Positions 28,359 to 37,694 of a stretch of 49,455 nt of DNA are shown piece by piece. This stretch comes from Candidatus Micrarchaeota archaeon (lineage in GTDB: Archaea > Micrarchaeota > Micrarchaeia > Micrarchaeales > CABMGC01). A program made the position numbers and the translations under genes. The notes under the pieces were generated by a model, which did no database searches, was not told the DNA's origin, and saw nothing but the letters and a program-made list of their open reading frames with translations. The stretch's first letter is position 1, and every line of letters begins with the position of its first letter. The stretch covers positions 1 through 49,455 of the forward strand of contig JAKAUU010000015.1 in the NCBI GenBank assembly GCA_021817505.1, given 5' to 3'.

Positions 28359-28366
28359 TATATAAA
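28359..28366 (-). promoter_or_regulatory. TATA box for the candidate ncRNA
   Basis: TTTATATA on the minus strand, at archaeal promoter spacing from ~28335. Confidence 0.5.
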
Positions 28367-28545
28367 CGAGCCCTTCCATGCTGCCTATAAATAGGGTTTA
28401 TCCTTTTTGAATAGGCATATTTCCATCTTTTACCCTATTTATTAATTAAAATCTGGTGCTTCATTACCCATCTACCTTGTTATTATCCGAAGGGCATATT
28501 TCAAAGTGTTACTTTTAAATATTAGTAGGCATAAGGTAATATCAG

Positions 28546-29958
28546 GTGGAGTTTTTGCCTAAGAAACTGCCTGAGAATATAGATAGAGCCGTTAAGAGGA
28601 TCAGGAAGGAGTACGGCCATTATGTAGAGGCGAAAATGCTCAGGGGCAGATACAGGCTCTTCCAGGCCACAAGCGTGTACAATCCTGAAAAGGGCAGGTC
28701 CGACAAGATAACAAAGTATTTGGGGTGGTTCACCGATGAAGGCCTGCTGATACCTGCAAACAGGAGGGATCCTGGTTCAAAGGAATTCATTGAACGCGAG
28801 CGCGAGGAGAAAGAGAGGATAAAGGCATTGGAAGAATCGGTAAAGAGCCTTGAGCAGAAGCATGTTGAAGAGAGCGTGCGCAAACGGGAGACTGAGAAGC
28901 ATGAGATGAACATACTGAAGGCACTTAGCATGGATGCACGCTCCACGATACCAGAGCTTGAGAAGGCTACGGGCATAAAGAGCACCGCGGTCAGCTACCA
29001 TAAGAGGAATCTGGAGAGGAGATACAATATCAAGTATACGCTCGAGATAGATATAGAAAAGTTCGGATACATAAACTACGTCGCATTTGCAGATTTTAAG
29101 GACAAGAAACCCGCATATAAGGAGATGAAGGGAGAGCTCGAGAAGCTTCCTTACGTACAGGCGGCGATGACCACGAACGGTACGCATGACATGGTAATCT
29201 TCCTTGTTGTCGAGGCTACGAGCAACGCAAGAGCCACTCTTTATCAGCTCACAAGGCATGCCTTCCCCTCATATGACATAGAATGGACGATGTCGCCGAT
29301 CTACTTCAGCAAGGGATTTGTGCCACTGCGTGATGAGTTCTTCGATATGCTCAAGGACAAGATATGGACAAGGACCAGGGCGAGGCCACGGCCCGGGCAT
29401 GACCAGATAACCGTGGTGGAGTATGATGTGCTTAAGGCTATGAACAGGAATGCTTCCTCCGATTTTGCTTCCATAGACAGGGCAATAGGTGCGGAAAGGG
29501 GCAGATCGAATTATGCTTATCACAGGCTTCTCGACAGAGGCATAATAAAGCGTGCCACGATAAACATGGAGAACCTTCACTCGAAATTCGACGTGCTTCT
29601 TGTAATGGACATAGTGAACATGAAGAAGTGGGAGCCCGCAAGGACGGAACTTCTCCTTGATGTTATAAGATGGAATAAGCGGCATTCTGACAAGTACTCT
29701 TTCGCATGTGACATAATGGCCCCGAAAGGGATGCTTGCGCTTACCCATGTTTTCGAGGGAGAGGATTTGGAAGAGGCCTCGGGAGAGCTTGCAGGAAAGA
29801 TGACAGGCGCAAAGATAGACAGTATGATAATTACAAAAACGCTGATAGGCTCTGCTGAGAACAGACTGTACGATCAGGAGCAGACTGTGCAGTATGAGAT
29901 ATTGATATCAGATTACAACTACACTCAGGATATGATACGCAGGGCTCTTGGCAACTGA
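28546..29958 (+). CDS. Tandem Lrp/AsnC-type regulator with an extra N-terminal domain
   Basis: Two HTH units (ILKALSMDARSTIPEL..; YDVLKAMNRNASSDF..LLDRGII), each followed by a RAM-like domain; N-terminal beta domain plus coiled coil. Confidence 0.75.
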   Translation: MEFLPKKLPENIDRAVKRIRKEYGHYVEAKMLRGRYRLFQATSVYNPEKGRSDKITKYLGWFTDEGLLIPANRRDPGSKEFIEREREEKERIKALEESVKSLEQKHVEESVRKRETEKHEMNILKALSMDARSTIPELEKATGIKSTAVSYHKRNLERRYNIKYTLEIDIEKFGYINYVAFADFKDKKPAYKEMKGELEKLPYVQAAMTTNGTHDMVIFLVVEATSNARATLYQLTRHAFPSYDIEWTMSPIYFSKGFVPLRDEFFDMLKDKIWTRTRARPRPGHDQITVVEYDVLKAMNRNASSDFASIDRAIGAERGRSNYAYHRLLDRGIIKRATINMENLHSKFDVLLVMDIVNMKKWEPARTELLLDVIRWNKRHSDKYSFACDIMAPKGMLALTHVFEGEDLEEASGELAGKMTGAKIDSMIITKTLIGSAENRLYDQEQTVQYEILISDYNYTQDMIRRALGN

Positions 29959-30153
29959 TGGATCAACCGGCCACTCCTCCTCCCATTTCGCCTAGCATAC
30001 ATATCATTTTATTAGTGATATTTAGTTTTAAAAATCTTTTGTACATGTTTTTTACCATTCGTCTCTTTTCCAGTGCCTGCCTCCGAGTTTTAAATCTATC
30101 CTGCATATCAATATTGCCATTTAATATGTGGATAACTGAAGCAGAGTGTTTGG

Positions 30154-30555
30154 ATGAGAGAGGAGCTTGAGAAGATATCCCTCGGGAAGCTGTTCAGCAT
30201 ACTTACCGAGTCTATGACCAAGATGGTCGACGGACTCAGAGGGCTCGTGAGCAGCAACAACCGGGTTGAAGACAGGGAGATAAGGGAGCTGAGGGAGCAC
30301 ATAAAGGAAAGGCTCGACAAAGGGGAGGAGCAGGTTGACAACCAGAAGATACTTAAACTGCTTAATCTGTTCTCGGAGAACAAGGAGGTAATCGAGTTCA
30401 TAAAGGAAGAGACTGAAGAGTGGCTGGAGCTTGTCGAGGCCATTGAGAAGCATGTCGAATCCGGTGGGAACAAGCTTACGAAAAGCGAGGAAGAGGAGAT
30501 AGAGGAGCTTAAGCTCCTTACAAAGAAGATAAGCAGCGCCTTGCGTAGCGAGTAG
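30154..30555 (+). CDS. Hypothetical acidic coiled-coil protein
   Basis: 133 aa, E/K/L-rich. Confidence 0.65.
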   Translation: MREELEKISLGKLFSILTESMTKMVDGLRGLVSSNNRVEDREIRELREHIKERLDKGEEQVDNQKILKLLNLFSENKEVIEFIKEETEEWLELVEAIEKHVESGGNKLTKSEEEEIEELKLLTKKISSALRSE

Positions 30556-30583
30556 CGGATACGTCGCACGCATAGCTTATTTT

Positions 30584-32959
30584 TTATTCCAGGTTATGGC
30601 ATGCCTTCAGGTCCTTTGAGAATTCAGCCAGTTCGGCAGGAATGCCCATCCCTTCGATCTTCGCATTTAGGGCTATGCCCTTCTCCTTCTTCGCCTTCCA
30701 TACCATTGAGTTGAATTCCTTTATCAGCTGTATCGAGGAGATATCCGAATTGACCTTCTCTGCCTTCGGAAACACCGCATTCTGCAGGTCAATGCCATAT
30801 CTTTCGCCTATTATCGAGCAAACCTGAGGTATTATCGGGTATTCCAGGATTATGAACCTCTCGAAGATATGGTATAGGGAGTATATTGCTGAATTCTTCT
30901 CCTGCTCCGTGAACCTGTTATCGGTATTGTAGGCCCTGTTCTTTACCATCTCCACATAATTGGATGCAAATTCCTCCCAGAGGAACTGCTTCAGTCCCAG
31001 TGCAGGCCTGAAGAAGTCGTACCTCTCATACTCCCTGTCGGCATACGAAGTAATGTCCTCGATATAATCTATGAAGAGCCTGTCAAGTTTCGTCAGCTCC
31101 TGAGGCCTCTCCGGCTTCTTGAACTGGAGTATGAACCTCGCTACATTCAATATCTTGTTTATCGTCTTGGCTTCGCCGCGTATCTTTTCCTTTGTGCATG
31201 AGATGTCCTGCTTGGATATGTCGCCTTCGCTTGCAACCCAGAGCCTGAACGCTTCTGCCCCGTACTCTTTTAGTATCTCCTGCGGATCCACCACATTTCC
31301 CAGGGATTTTGACATCTTCTGTCCCTTGTCATCCACTATGTGCTGGTGTATCCATGCGTCGTTGAAGCATGCCTTTCCTGTCTGCAGATAGCCCCTGAGC
31401 AGGGAGTAGTAGAACCATGTCCTTATGATCTCCTTGCCCTGCGGCCTCAACGATACTGGATAAGCTCGCTTGAATAAAGAGTCGTTGGAGCCGTATTTTG
31501 TTATGAACAGGTCGGATATCGATGAGTCGAACCATGTGTCGAAGACGCGCTCCTCGCCAGTCCATTTCGCATCCTTGAAATCGGAGACCCTTCCTATGTG
31601 CTTGCCGTTTCGCATCACATCGCTATCTTCAGGAGGGCCCTCCTTCCATGGCCTGAAGTATCTTCCTGGTTTAGGCAGAGCAACCATGTCTCCGGAATAC
31701 CATAAAGGTATTTCTGTGGCATAGAATCTTCTCCTAGATATGGGCCAGTCTATTGAGATCTGGTCTATCCATGATTCGAGGATCTTCCTTGCCTCTTCAG
31801 GATAGAAGTTTATCTGCTTCTGGAGCTTTAGCATATGCTCCTTGAGCTCGACCTGGCTGAGGTAGAATTCTGGCATTGCTATGAACTCTATCTCCACCTT
31901 GGACCTCTCCGATATGGGAGTCCTGTGCATTATCCTCTCCTGCTTTACTAGAAGGCCCTTCTCCTTGAGCGTTGCGATCATCTTCTCCCGTGCATCCTTG
32001 ACCTTCAGGCCTTTTAGGAAGCCGGCATTTTCATTCATGGTGCCATCCTTTTCTATGGCTATGACCACGTCCAGACCCATCTCCCTGAAGAATCTTATGT
32101 CGGTAAGGTCTCCGGCAGAGCACATCATCACGAGCCCGGTGCCCTTCTCCACCTGGGCGAAAGGATGCGGCATTATCCTGACCTCTTTCTCGAATATCGG
32201 AGTTATGGCAGTCTTGCCTTCCAGATGCCTGTAGCGCTCGTCATCAGGATTGTATATCACCATCTTGCATGTTGCTATCAGCTCCGGCCTTGTTGTCGCC
32301 ACAACTATCTTCTCCCCTGTTTCCTTAACGGCCCATTGAACGTGGTTGAATGTAGACTCTACATCGATATAGTCTATCTCATTGTCAGCAACCGTAGTCT
32401 GCAGCTTCGAGTCCCAGTTGCTAACCCTGTTGTCCTCGTAGACAAGGCCGCGCTTGTAGAGGTCTATGAACGTGGACTGGGTCAGCGACCTGAACTCCTG
32501 CGAATCCGTGAAATATACTGCGCCTATATGGCTTCCTGTCTTATAGGAAGTAAATGATATGCCGAGTTTTTCGAAGCTGTCAATAGTAGTAAGGGAGGTT
32601 TCCTCGAGGAGCTTCTCGCATGCGTTTATGAACTGCTCCCTGCTCACCTTAAATGCAGATATGTTGAATTTTTTCTCCGCGGCTATCTCGACAGGAAGCC
32701 CGTTCCTGTCAAGGCCCAGAGGGAATATGACTTCATAGCCCTTCATGCGCCTGTACCTGACGAACATGTCCATCATCGCATATGTCGAGGCATGGCCGAT
32801 GTGTATCGGCGAGTTTATGTAAGGGGGAGGAGTGTCTAGGGAGTATATCGTTTTTTTGGTATGCTCATTGAACGCATAGCGCTCTGCGTCGCGCCATTCT
32901 CTCGTTATCTCCAGCTCTGTGGATACGGACCAGTTCTTTATATCGTCAAATTTCACCAT
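30584..32959 (-). CDS. valS: Valyl-tRNA synthetase
   Basis: DTPPP, HIGH, ATTRPE, GTGLVM, DWPISRRR, DTWFDSS, KMSKS. Confidence 0.96.
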   Translation of the reverse strand: MVKFDDIKNWSVSTELEITREWRDAERYAFNEHTKKTIYSLDTPPPYINSPIHIGHASTYAMMDMFVRYRRMKGYEVIFPLGLDRNGLPVEIAAEKKFNISAFKVSREQFINACEKLLEETSLTTIDSFEKLGISFTSYKTGSHIGAVYFTDSQEFRSLTQSTFIDLYKRGLVYEDNRVSNWDSKLQTTVADNEIDYIDVESTFNHVQWAVKETGEKIVVATTRPELIATCKMVIYNPDDERYRHLEGKTAITPIFEKEVRIMPHPFAQVEKGTGLVMMCSAGDLTDIRFFREMGLDVVIAIEKDGTMNENAGFLKGLKVKDAREKMIATLKEKGLLVKQERIMHRTPISERSKVEIEFIAMPEFYLSQVELKEHMLKLQKQINFYPEEARKILESWIDQISIDWPISRRRFYATEIPLWYSGDMVALPKPGRYFRPWKEGPPEDSDVMRNGKHIGRVSDFKDAKWTGEERVFDTWFDSSISDLFITKYGSNDSLFKRAYPVSLRPQGKEIIRTWFYYSLLRGYLQTGKACFNDAWIHQHIVDDKGQKMSKSLGNVVDPQEILKEYGAEAFRLWVASEGDISKQDISCTKEKIRGEAKTINKILNVARFILQFKKPERPQELTKLDRLFIDYIEDITSYADREYERYDFFRPALGLKQFLWEEFASNYVEMVKNRAYNTDNRFTEQEKNSAIYSLYHIFERFIILEYPIIPQVCSIIGERYGIDLQNAVFPKAEKVNSDISSIQLIKEFNSMVWKAKKEKGIALNAKIEGMGIPAELAEFSKDLKACHNLE

Positions 32960-33102
32960 GATTTCCTATACTACTTTGAGTAAATAATTATATTGCTGCC
33001 GTTTCTTTCTTGGATTGAGGTTTTATAGCAATACTTATAAACGTTAGCAAGGAATTATATGAGTGCCAAAGCCTGAGCTTTGGTTAGTTCTAAGTGTTTT
33101 TA

Positions 33103-33567
33103 ATGGCAAGAATGCACACTGGAAAGCATGGCAAAGCAAAGTCAAGGAAACCTGCTGCTGAACAGGCAGTACTACCTGAGGGAGCACCCTCGAAGGAAGA
33201 GGCAGCAAGGCTCATAACGGAGTATGCAAAGCAGGGGATGCACCATGCGGCAATAGGCCAGAAGCTGAGAGACGAGCACAACATACCTTATGTAAAGCAG
33301 TATTTCGGGAAGAGGCTGCACTCTGTTCTTGAGGAGCAGGAGGTAGCAGGAGAGTACCCTCAGGATTTCATGGATCTGCTTAAGAGTGCCGTCAAGATAA
33401 GAAGGCATCTGACAAAGAACAAGAACGATAAACACAATAGAACGAGCCTTACGAGGATCGAGTCCAAGATATGGCGCATGTCAAAGTACTACAAGAGGAC
33501 AGGCGCACTGCCCGAGGACTGGAAGTATGATCCTGAGAAGGCCGCATTGATAGTAAAAGGTAGCTGA
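33103..33567 (+). CDS. rps15: 30S ribosomal protein uS15
   Basis: MARMHTGKHGKAKS...IESKIWRMSKYYK...WKY. Confidence 0.95.
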   Translation: MARMHTGKHGKAKSRKPAAEQAVLPEGAPSKEEAARLITEYAKQGMHHAAIGQKLRDEHNIPYVKQYFGKRLHSVLEEQEVAGEYPQDFMDLLKSAVKIRRHLTKNKNDKHNRTSLTRIESKIWRMSKYYKRTGALPEDWKYDPEKAALIVKGS

Positions 33568-33569
33568 TA

Positions 33570-34130
33570 ATGGCACAGAAGAGCGCTGAAAAATGGAAGA
33601 TGAAGAAGTGGCTTGAGGTTTACTCACCGAAGGTATTCGGCGAAGCATCCATAGGCGAGATACCTGCGGATGAAGAAGAGAAAGCCATAGGCAGGATAAT
33701 GAAGGTGAATATGTCCTGGCTGACCCATAAGCCTGAGCACTCATTCCTTGCCGTTGGCCTAAGAGTAACGGATGCAAACAATAACGCTGCCCATACGGAG
33801 CTTGAATTCATGGAGCAGATGTTCAGCTATACGCACTCGCTTGTAAGAAGGCATTCGAGCGTCATATACACTATGGACAAGTTTGCTGACAAAGAGGGCA
33901 AACCTGTAGTTGTAAAGTTAATTGCAGTCTCATTCTCCAAGCTTGCAACCCCTAAGAAGAGCGAGATAAGGAAGAAGCTCGGCGAGTACTGCAGAAAGTA
34001 TATTGCTGAGAGAAACAAGGATGAGATTATAAAGGGGATCATGGACAACTCCCTGCAGTCTGGAGCAAGAGAGTCCATAAAGAACATCACAAGGATGGCA
34101 AAGCTTGAAGTAAGGAAGCTCGAATTCTGA
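33570..34130 (+). CDS. rps3ae: 30S ribosomal protein eS1 (S3Ae)
   Basis: KWKMKKWLEVYSPKVFG...IGR...SLVRR...EVRKLE. Confidence 0.93.
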   Translation: MAQKSAEKWKMKKWLEVYSPKVFGEASIGEIPADEEEKAIGRIMKVNMSWLTHKPEHSFLAVGLRVTDANNNAAHTELEFMEQMFSYTHSLVRRHSSVIYTMDKFADKEGKPVVVKLIAVSFSKLATPKKSEIRKKLGEYCRKYIAERNKDEIIKGIMDNSLQSGARESIKNITRMAKLEVRKLEF

Positions 34131-34235
34131 ATCCTGGTTCTTTAATCCGTCTCCTTTTGTCCTTTGATGCTTTAATTAGATTGAAAGAGTCAGATTGAAG
34201 GAATTAGATTGAAGGCAGTTTTGGCTTTGCAGCAG

Positions 34236-34607
34236 TCACTCTGCCGATTCCTCCATGTTTGCCTCCATATATTCACTTAGCACGACGGCATTGTTGTGCT
34301 CCGTATCCTTTGCAGCATAGAGCAGTGTAACATCGCCCTTCTCTGCAAGCTTGATCAGATCGGATACATGCTTGTTGGATTCCAGCTCCTTTACATACCT
34401 GGCTTTGAAGCTCTCCCATTTCTTAGGATCGTGGTCGAACCATAGGCGCAGTTCATTGCTAGGGGCTATGTCCTTCATCCACAGATCCACATTGGCAGTG
34501 CTTTTCTTAACTCCTCTCGGCCATAGTCTGTCGACAAAAACACGCTTTCCGTCAGTTATGCTCGCCTTGTCATAGATACGCTTGATTCCTACTAACACAT
34601 TGGGCAC
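34236..34607 (-). CDS. DUF488 / YeaO family protein
   Basis: DGKRVFVDRLWPRGVKK, IAPSNELRLWFDH, HNNAVVL. Confidence 0.92.
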   Translation of the reverse strand: MPNVLVGIKRIYDKASITDGKRVFVDRLWPRGVKKSTANVDLWMKDIAPSNELRLWFDHDPKKWESFKARYVKELESNKHVSDLIKLAEKGDVTLLYAAKDTEHNNAVVLSEYMEANMEESAE

Positions 34608-34713
34608 CTGATTATATTCTGCTGTATTTCATTTATATAAGTATTGTAGAGGAGAGCTTCTGTTCGTCATATAACAGAGCACGCCGAAAATTCGTACCCT
34701 TCTTGAGCAGAAG

Positions 34714-34798
34714 TGCAGGGAGAGAGATTTGAACTCTCGAACCCCTACGGGAACAGGCCCTGAACCTGTCGCATTTGACCAGGCTTTGCTATCCCTGC
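34714..34798 (-). tRNA. tRNA-Leu(CAG)
   Basis: GCAGGGA...ACAGG-TTCAGGG-CCTGT, long variable arm, GTTCAAATC...TCCCTGCA. Confidence 0.95.
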
Positions 34799-34849
34799 AC
34801 AATTATGCATTTAGCAGATTAGTATCAGTAAGGAAAGACTAAAAAAGAG

Positions 34850-35320
34850 TTAGGTTATCGCTTTCATGTAAACGCAGCTTACCGCAGTATTGCTCGGGCA
34901 TGAACTCTGGGCCGATATGTTTATCAGATAGGTTCCCGGAGTAGTGACTCCCTGCAGGTTTCCGCTTACAGCCACTGGAACGTATTCCGTTATGTAGCTC
35001 GGCCCTGCTGCGGATTCGACTACGAAGATTACAAGGTTGCCGACACCGTTAGTGGTATTTCCTACATATATGTTGCTGACTCCCGGAGGCACGTTGATGC
35101 TTGTGACGACCTTTGCAGGCACTCCCTCGCTGCCTACTACCGAAGCTACGCTTGCAAGATTAGATGCCGCCTGCTGCGACTCTGCGCTCGATAGGGAGGT
35201 GTTTGCGTTTGACACCTGTATGAATGCTATGACCACTACTGGAAGCAGTATCGCAAGGCCGAATGATAGAGTCAGCAGAAGTTCGAAACTTGACTGGCCC
35301 TTCGTTCGTTTTTGCTGCAT
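34850..35320 (-). CDS. Class III signal-peptide (type IV pilin-like) protein
   Basis: KG|QSSFELL cleavage motif followed by a hydrophobic helix. Confidence 0.8.
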   Translation of the reverse strand: MQQKRTKGQSSFELLLTLSFGLAILLPVVVIAFIQVSNANTSLSSAESQQAASNLASVASVVGSEGVPAKVVTSINVPPGVSNIYVGNTTNGVGNLVIFVVESAAGPSYITEYVPVAVSGNLQGVTTPGTYLINISAQSSCPSNTAVSCVYMKAIT

Positions 35321-35331
35321 ATATGCACCGG

Positions 35332-36456
35332 TTAATCCCTTTCCCTGTTCGTTATTATAAGCTCCTTCTGGTTTTTAATCTTGCTGTATGCTATCTTCTC
35401 CAGCTTCTGCAGCGTCTTGTACAGGTTGAAATCCTCAACGTGCACAGTGGTTATGCCTTTGTTGGTCAGGCCTATCATTGCACGCAGTTCATAGCCCCTT
35501 GATTTCATGCGCTTCACGTTAAGGTGAATGTAGCTTACCTTTATCCCGCTGAACTTGTCTATCTTCTCCGCTATCCTGTCCATCTCGTTGAGTATATCGC
35601 TCTCGTACTCCTTCGTATACTCATCAAGGCCTGAGAGCATTACGTCATAGTTGTTAGTGCTTATCTCCTTTGAAGCCAGTTCGAACAGATTGCTTATTGT
35701 AAGTATGCCTACGGGCTTTCCCTTTCTTGTCGCTATCATCGTGCTGTTCTTGTTGTTTATGAAATCCCTTAGTGCGCTCTCGAGGTTCGAGTCCGCATCC
35801 ACCGTCCTGAAATCATGCGAGGCTATCTCTCCTGCACTCGTGCCGCTCATGCTGATCGTGCCTTTGCTGCTCTTCGAGCTCCTGCTCGCTCCTTTCATCC
35901 CGAACCTCAGTATGTCGCTGTATCTGAGAACCCCGTATATCTCGCCCTTCTCGGATGCGACAGGCAGCTTCTTCACCTTATACTGGTCCATAAGCTCCTT
36001 GGCCCTTCTTACGTCCTCGCTCTCCTCTATTACCAGTATGGGGGAGCTCATCGCCTCGCTTACCTTCTTGTCAGAAAGCATATGCAGGGAGAGTATTGTC
36101 TTGAGTATGTTGCTCCTCTTAAGCATGCCTTTTACCCTGTTGTTCTCCATGTATGGCAGGGCGCTTGCCGCTGACGAGTTGAACTCCTTTATCGCACTGT
36201 TTATGCTTGTGCCTGAGTGCACCACGGCCGTCTTTACCGCAAGCCTTCCTACAGGCAGATTCTGCGATACCGTAAGATTCCTCCTTTTGCCCAGAGCCTT
36301 CCTGTCCACTATCCCGTAATAACGGTTATTCCTTGTCACTATTACTGCCCCTTCCTCGTTTATCTTCTCTACAAGACTTGCAAGAGGGACTTTATAGTCG
36401 TAAACTGATGACTTTGAAACAATCTCCTTCGGTATGGTCTCGAACGCTATCGCCAT
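35332..36456 (-). CDS. CBS-domain protein with C-terminal HPF/RaiA-like domain (candidate ribosome hibernation factor)
   Basis: Four CBS repeats, then YDVMLSGL..KIDKF..IHLNVK..YELRAMI..VHVEDFNLYKTL. Confidence 0.75.
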   Translation of the reverse strand: MAIAFETIPKEIVSKSSVYDYKVPLASLVEKINEEGAVIVTRNNRYYGIVDRKALGKRRNLTVSQNLPVGRLAVKTAVVHSGTSINSAIKEFNSSAASALPYMENNRVKGMLKRSNILKTILSLHMLSDKKVSEAMSSPILVIEESEDVRRAKELMDQYKVKKLPVASEKGEIYGVLRYSDILRFGMKGASRSSKSSKGTISMSGTSAGEIASHDFRTVDADSNLESALRDFINNKNSTMIATRKGKPVGILTISNLFELASKEISTNNYDVMLSGLDEYTKEYESDILNEMDRIAEKIDKFSGIKVSYIHLNVKRMKSRGYELRAMIGLTNKGITTVHVEDFNLYKTLQKLEKIAYSKIKNQKELIITNRERD

Positions 36457-36547
36457 TTAAAACACCACTCACCCTTAGCAGGGCAAATTTATTAAGCAAT
36501 CTACCTTTATAATATGTGGTTTCTAGATTTACTCTTGTGCTACTTTT

Positions 36548-36618
36548 GCCAGGATGGCAGATCGGCTATGCGTCCGCCTGCAGAGCGGAGTAGAGGGGTT
36601 CAACTCCCTTTCCTGGCT
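36548..36618 (+). tRNA. tRNA-Cys(GCA)
   Basis: GCCAGGA...TCCGC-CTGCAGA-GCGGA...GGTTCAACT...TCCTGGCT. Confidence 0.93.
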
Positions 36619-36756
36619 TTCTGTACAGGGGTTATCTTTTCCCCACTATGGTGCCTGTTACATGATAGCTACGGCAATATTGTACATGCGGTTTAGGAAA
36701 TTGAGAGAGATGAGCTATTAAGTTTGCCATTCACAATGATTGCAGGACTGGGGCAT

Positions 36757-37269
36757 ATGGCAATCATAATAAGGAAGGCAGGAAAAGGAGATGCAAAAGG
36801 AGTGGCTAGACTTTGGGATGACGGTTTTGAGAGAGGATACTTCGGATACACCGGAACAAACAGGCGTAGAACTGTTAAAGACATCAGAAGATTTGAAGAG
36901 GTATATGCAAAAAATAAAAGAAACGAATTCGTATTTATTGCAATAGACAGCGTGAATGGGAAGGTTGTCGGCTCATGCACATTTTTTGCTAAAAAGGAGG
37001 GAAGGACCAGGCACAGGGGTGAAATGGGCTGGGCGATCCATCTGGATTACAGCAGGCAGGGGATAGCCACCAGGCTGGTTAAGAGAACGCTGGAAGAGGC
37101 GAAGAGGAGAGGGTTCAAAAAAGCCGAAGCCGAGGCTGCGGTTAAGAACATAGGCAGCGTCAGGCTTGCTAAAAAATGCGGCTTTAAGATAGAGGGAAGA
37201 AAGAAGAGAGGCCTGCTGCTCGATAGTGGAAGGTATGCAGACACTTATGTATTCGGCAAAGTCTTATGA
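36757..37269 (+). CDS. GNAT N-acetyltransferase
   Basis: HRGEMGWAIH..YSRQGIAT motif A; N..SVRLAKKCGFKIEG motif B. Confidence 0.9.
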   Translation: MAIIIRKAGKGDAKGVARLWDDGFERGYFGYTGTNRRRTVKDIRRFEEVYAKNKRNEFVFIAIDSVNGKVVGSCTFFAKKEGRTRHRGEMGWAIHLDYSRQGIATRLVKRTLEEAKRRGFKKAEAEAAVKNIGSVRLAKKCGFKIEGRKKRGLLLDSGRYADTYVFGKVL

Positions 37270-37582
37270 TTGCAGGATATGGTTAAGAAGTTGGTTAAGA
37301 AGTTGTGTTGAGATATCGCATTCCAATAATGACATGCATCAGGTTAATTTTCTTTTACCAAAACCAAAAAACAAACGCCTGATCCTGGAAGGTAAACCAT
37401 TTTCCGGTTTATTGTTATATGTTATTAGGCCGGGGCAGTTGAGAATGCCACGCCTAAACCATTAGTTAGATTTTGTCTTGGTGAGTACTACGTACAGGTA
37501 AAGGAGTTTTTAAGATAAGTAATTTTACTCATATCTTTTATGTATGCGCATTTACAAAATATGATTAACATTCCTGCACACG

Positions 37583-37600
37583 TCCCTTTCCTGGCTTTCT
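37583..37600 (+). repeat. att-like copy of the tRNA-Cys 3' end
   Basis: TCCCTTTCCTGGCTTTCT, 18/18 identical to 36605-36622. Confidence 0.8.
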
Positions 37601-37694
37601 CTTTTTAGGCGTTTTTTACGGCTTGATCCTGGTCTTTCTTTTTAGAACGTAAACTTGGATAAAACTGCAATGCGCATAGCGTTATAACTATTCC

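Noticed and set aside
29962-30106. Possible short minus-strand ORF ending MLGEMGGGVAG
   Set aside because: Under 50 aa, no motif or independent support
34174-34214. Three AGATTGAA(G) repeats resembling a CRISPR repeat end (ATTGAAAG)
   Set aside because: Units are only 10-18 nt apart, with no spacers of CRISPR length and no cas genes; likely simple repeats between convergent genes
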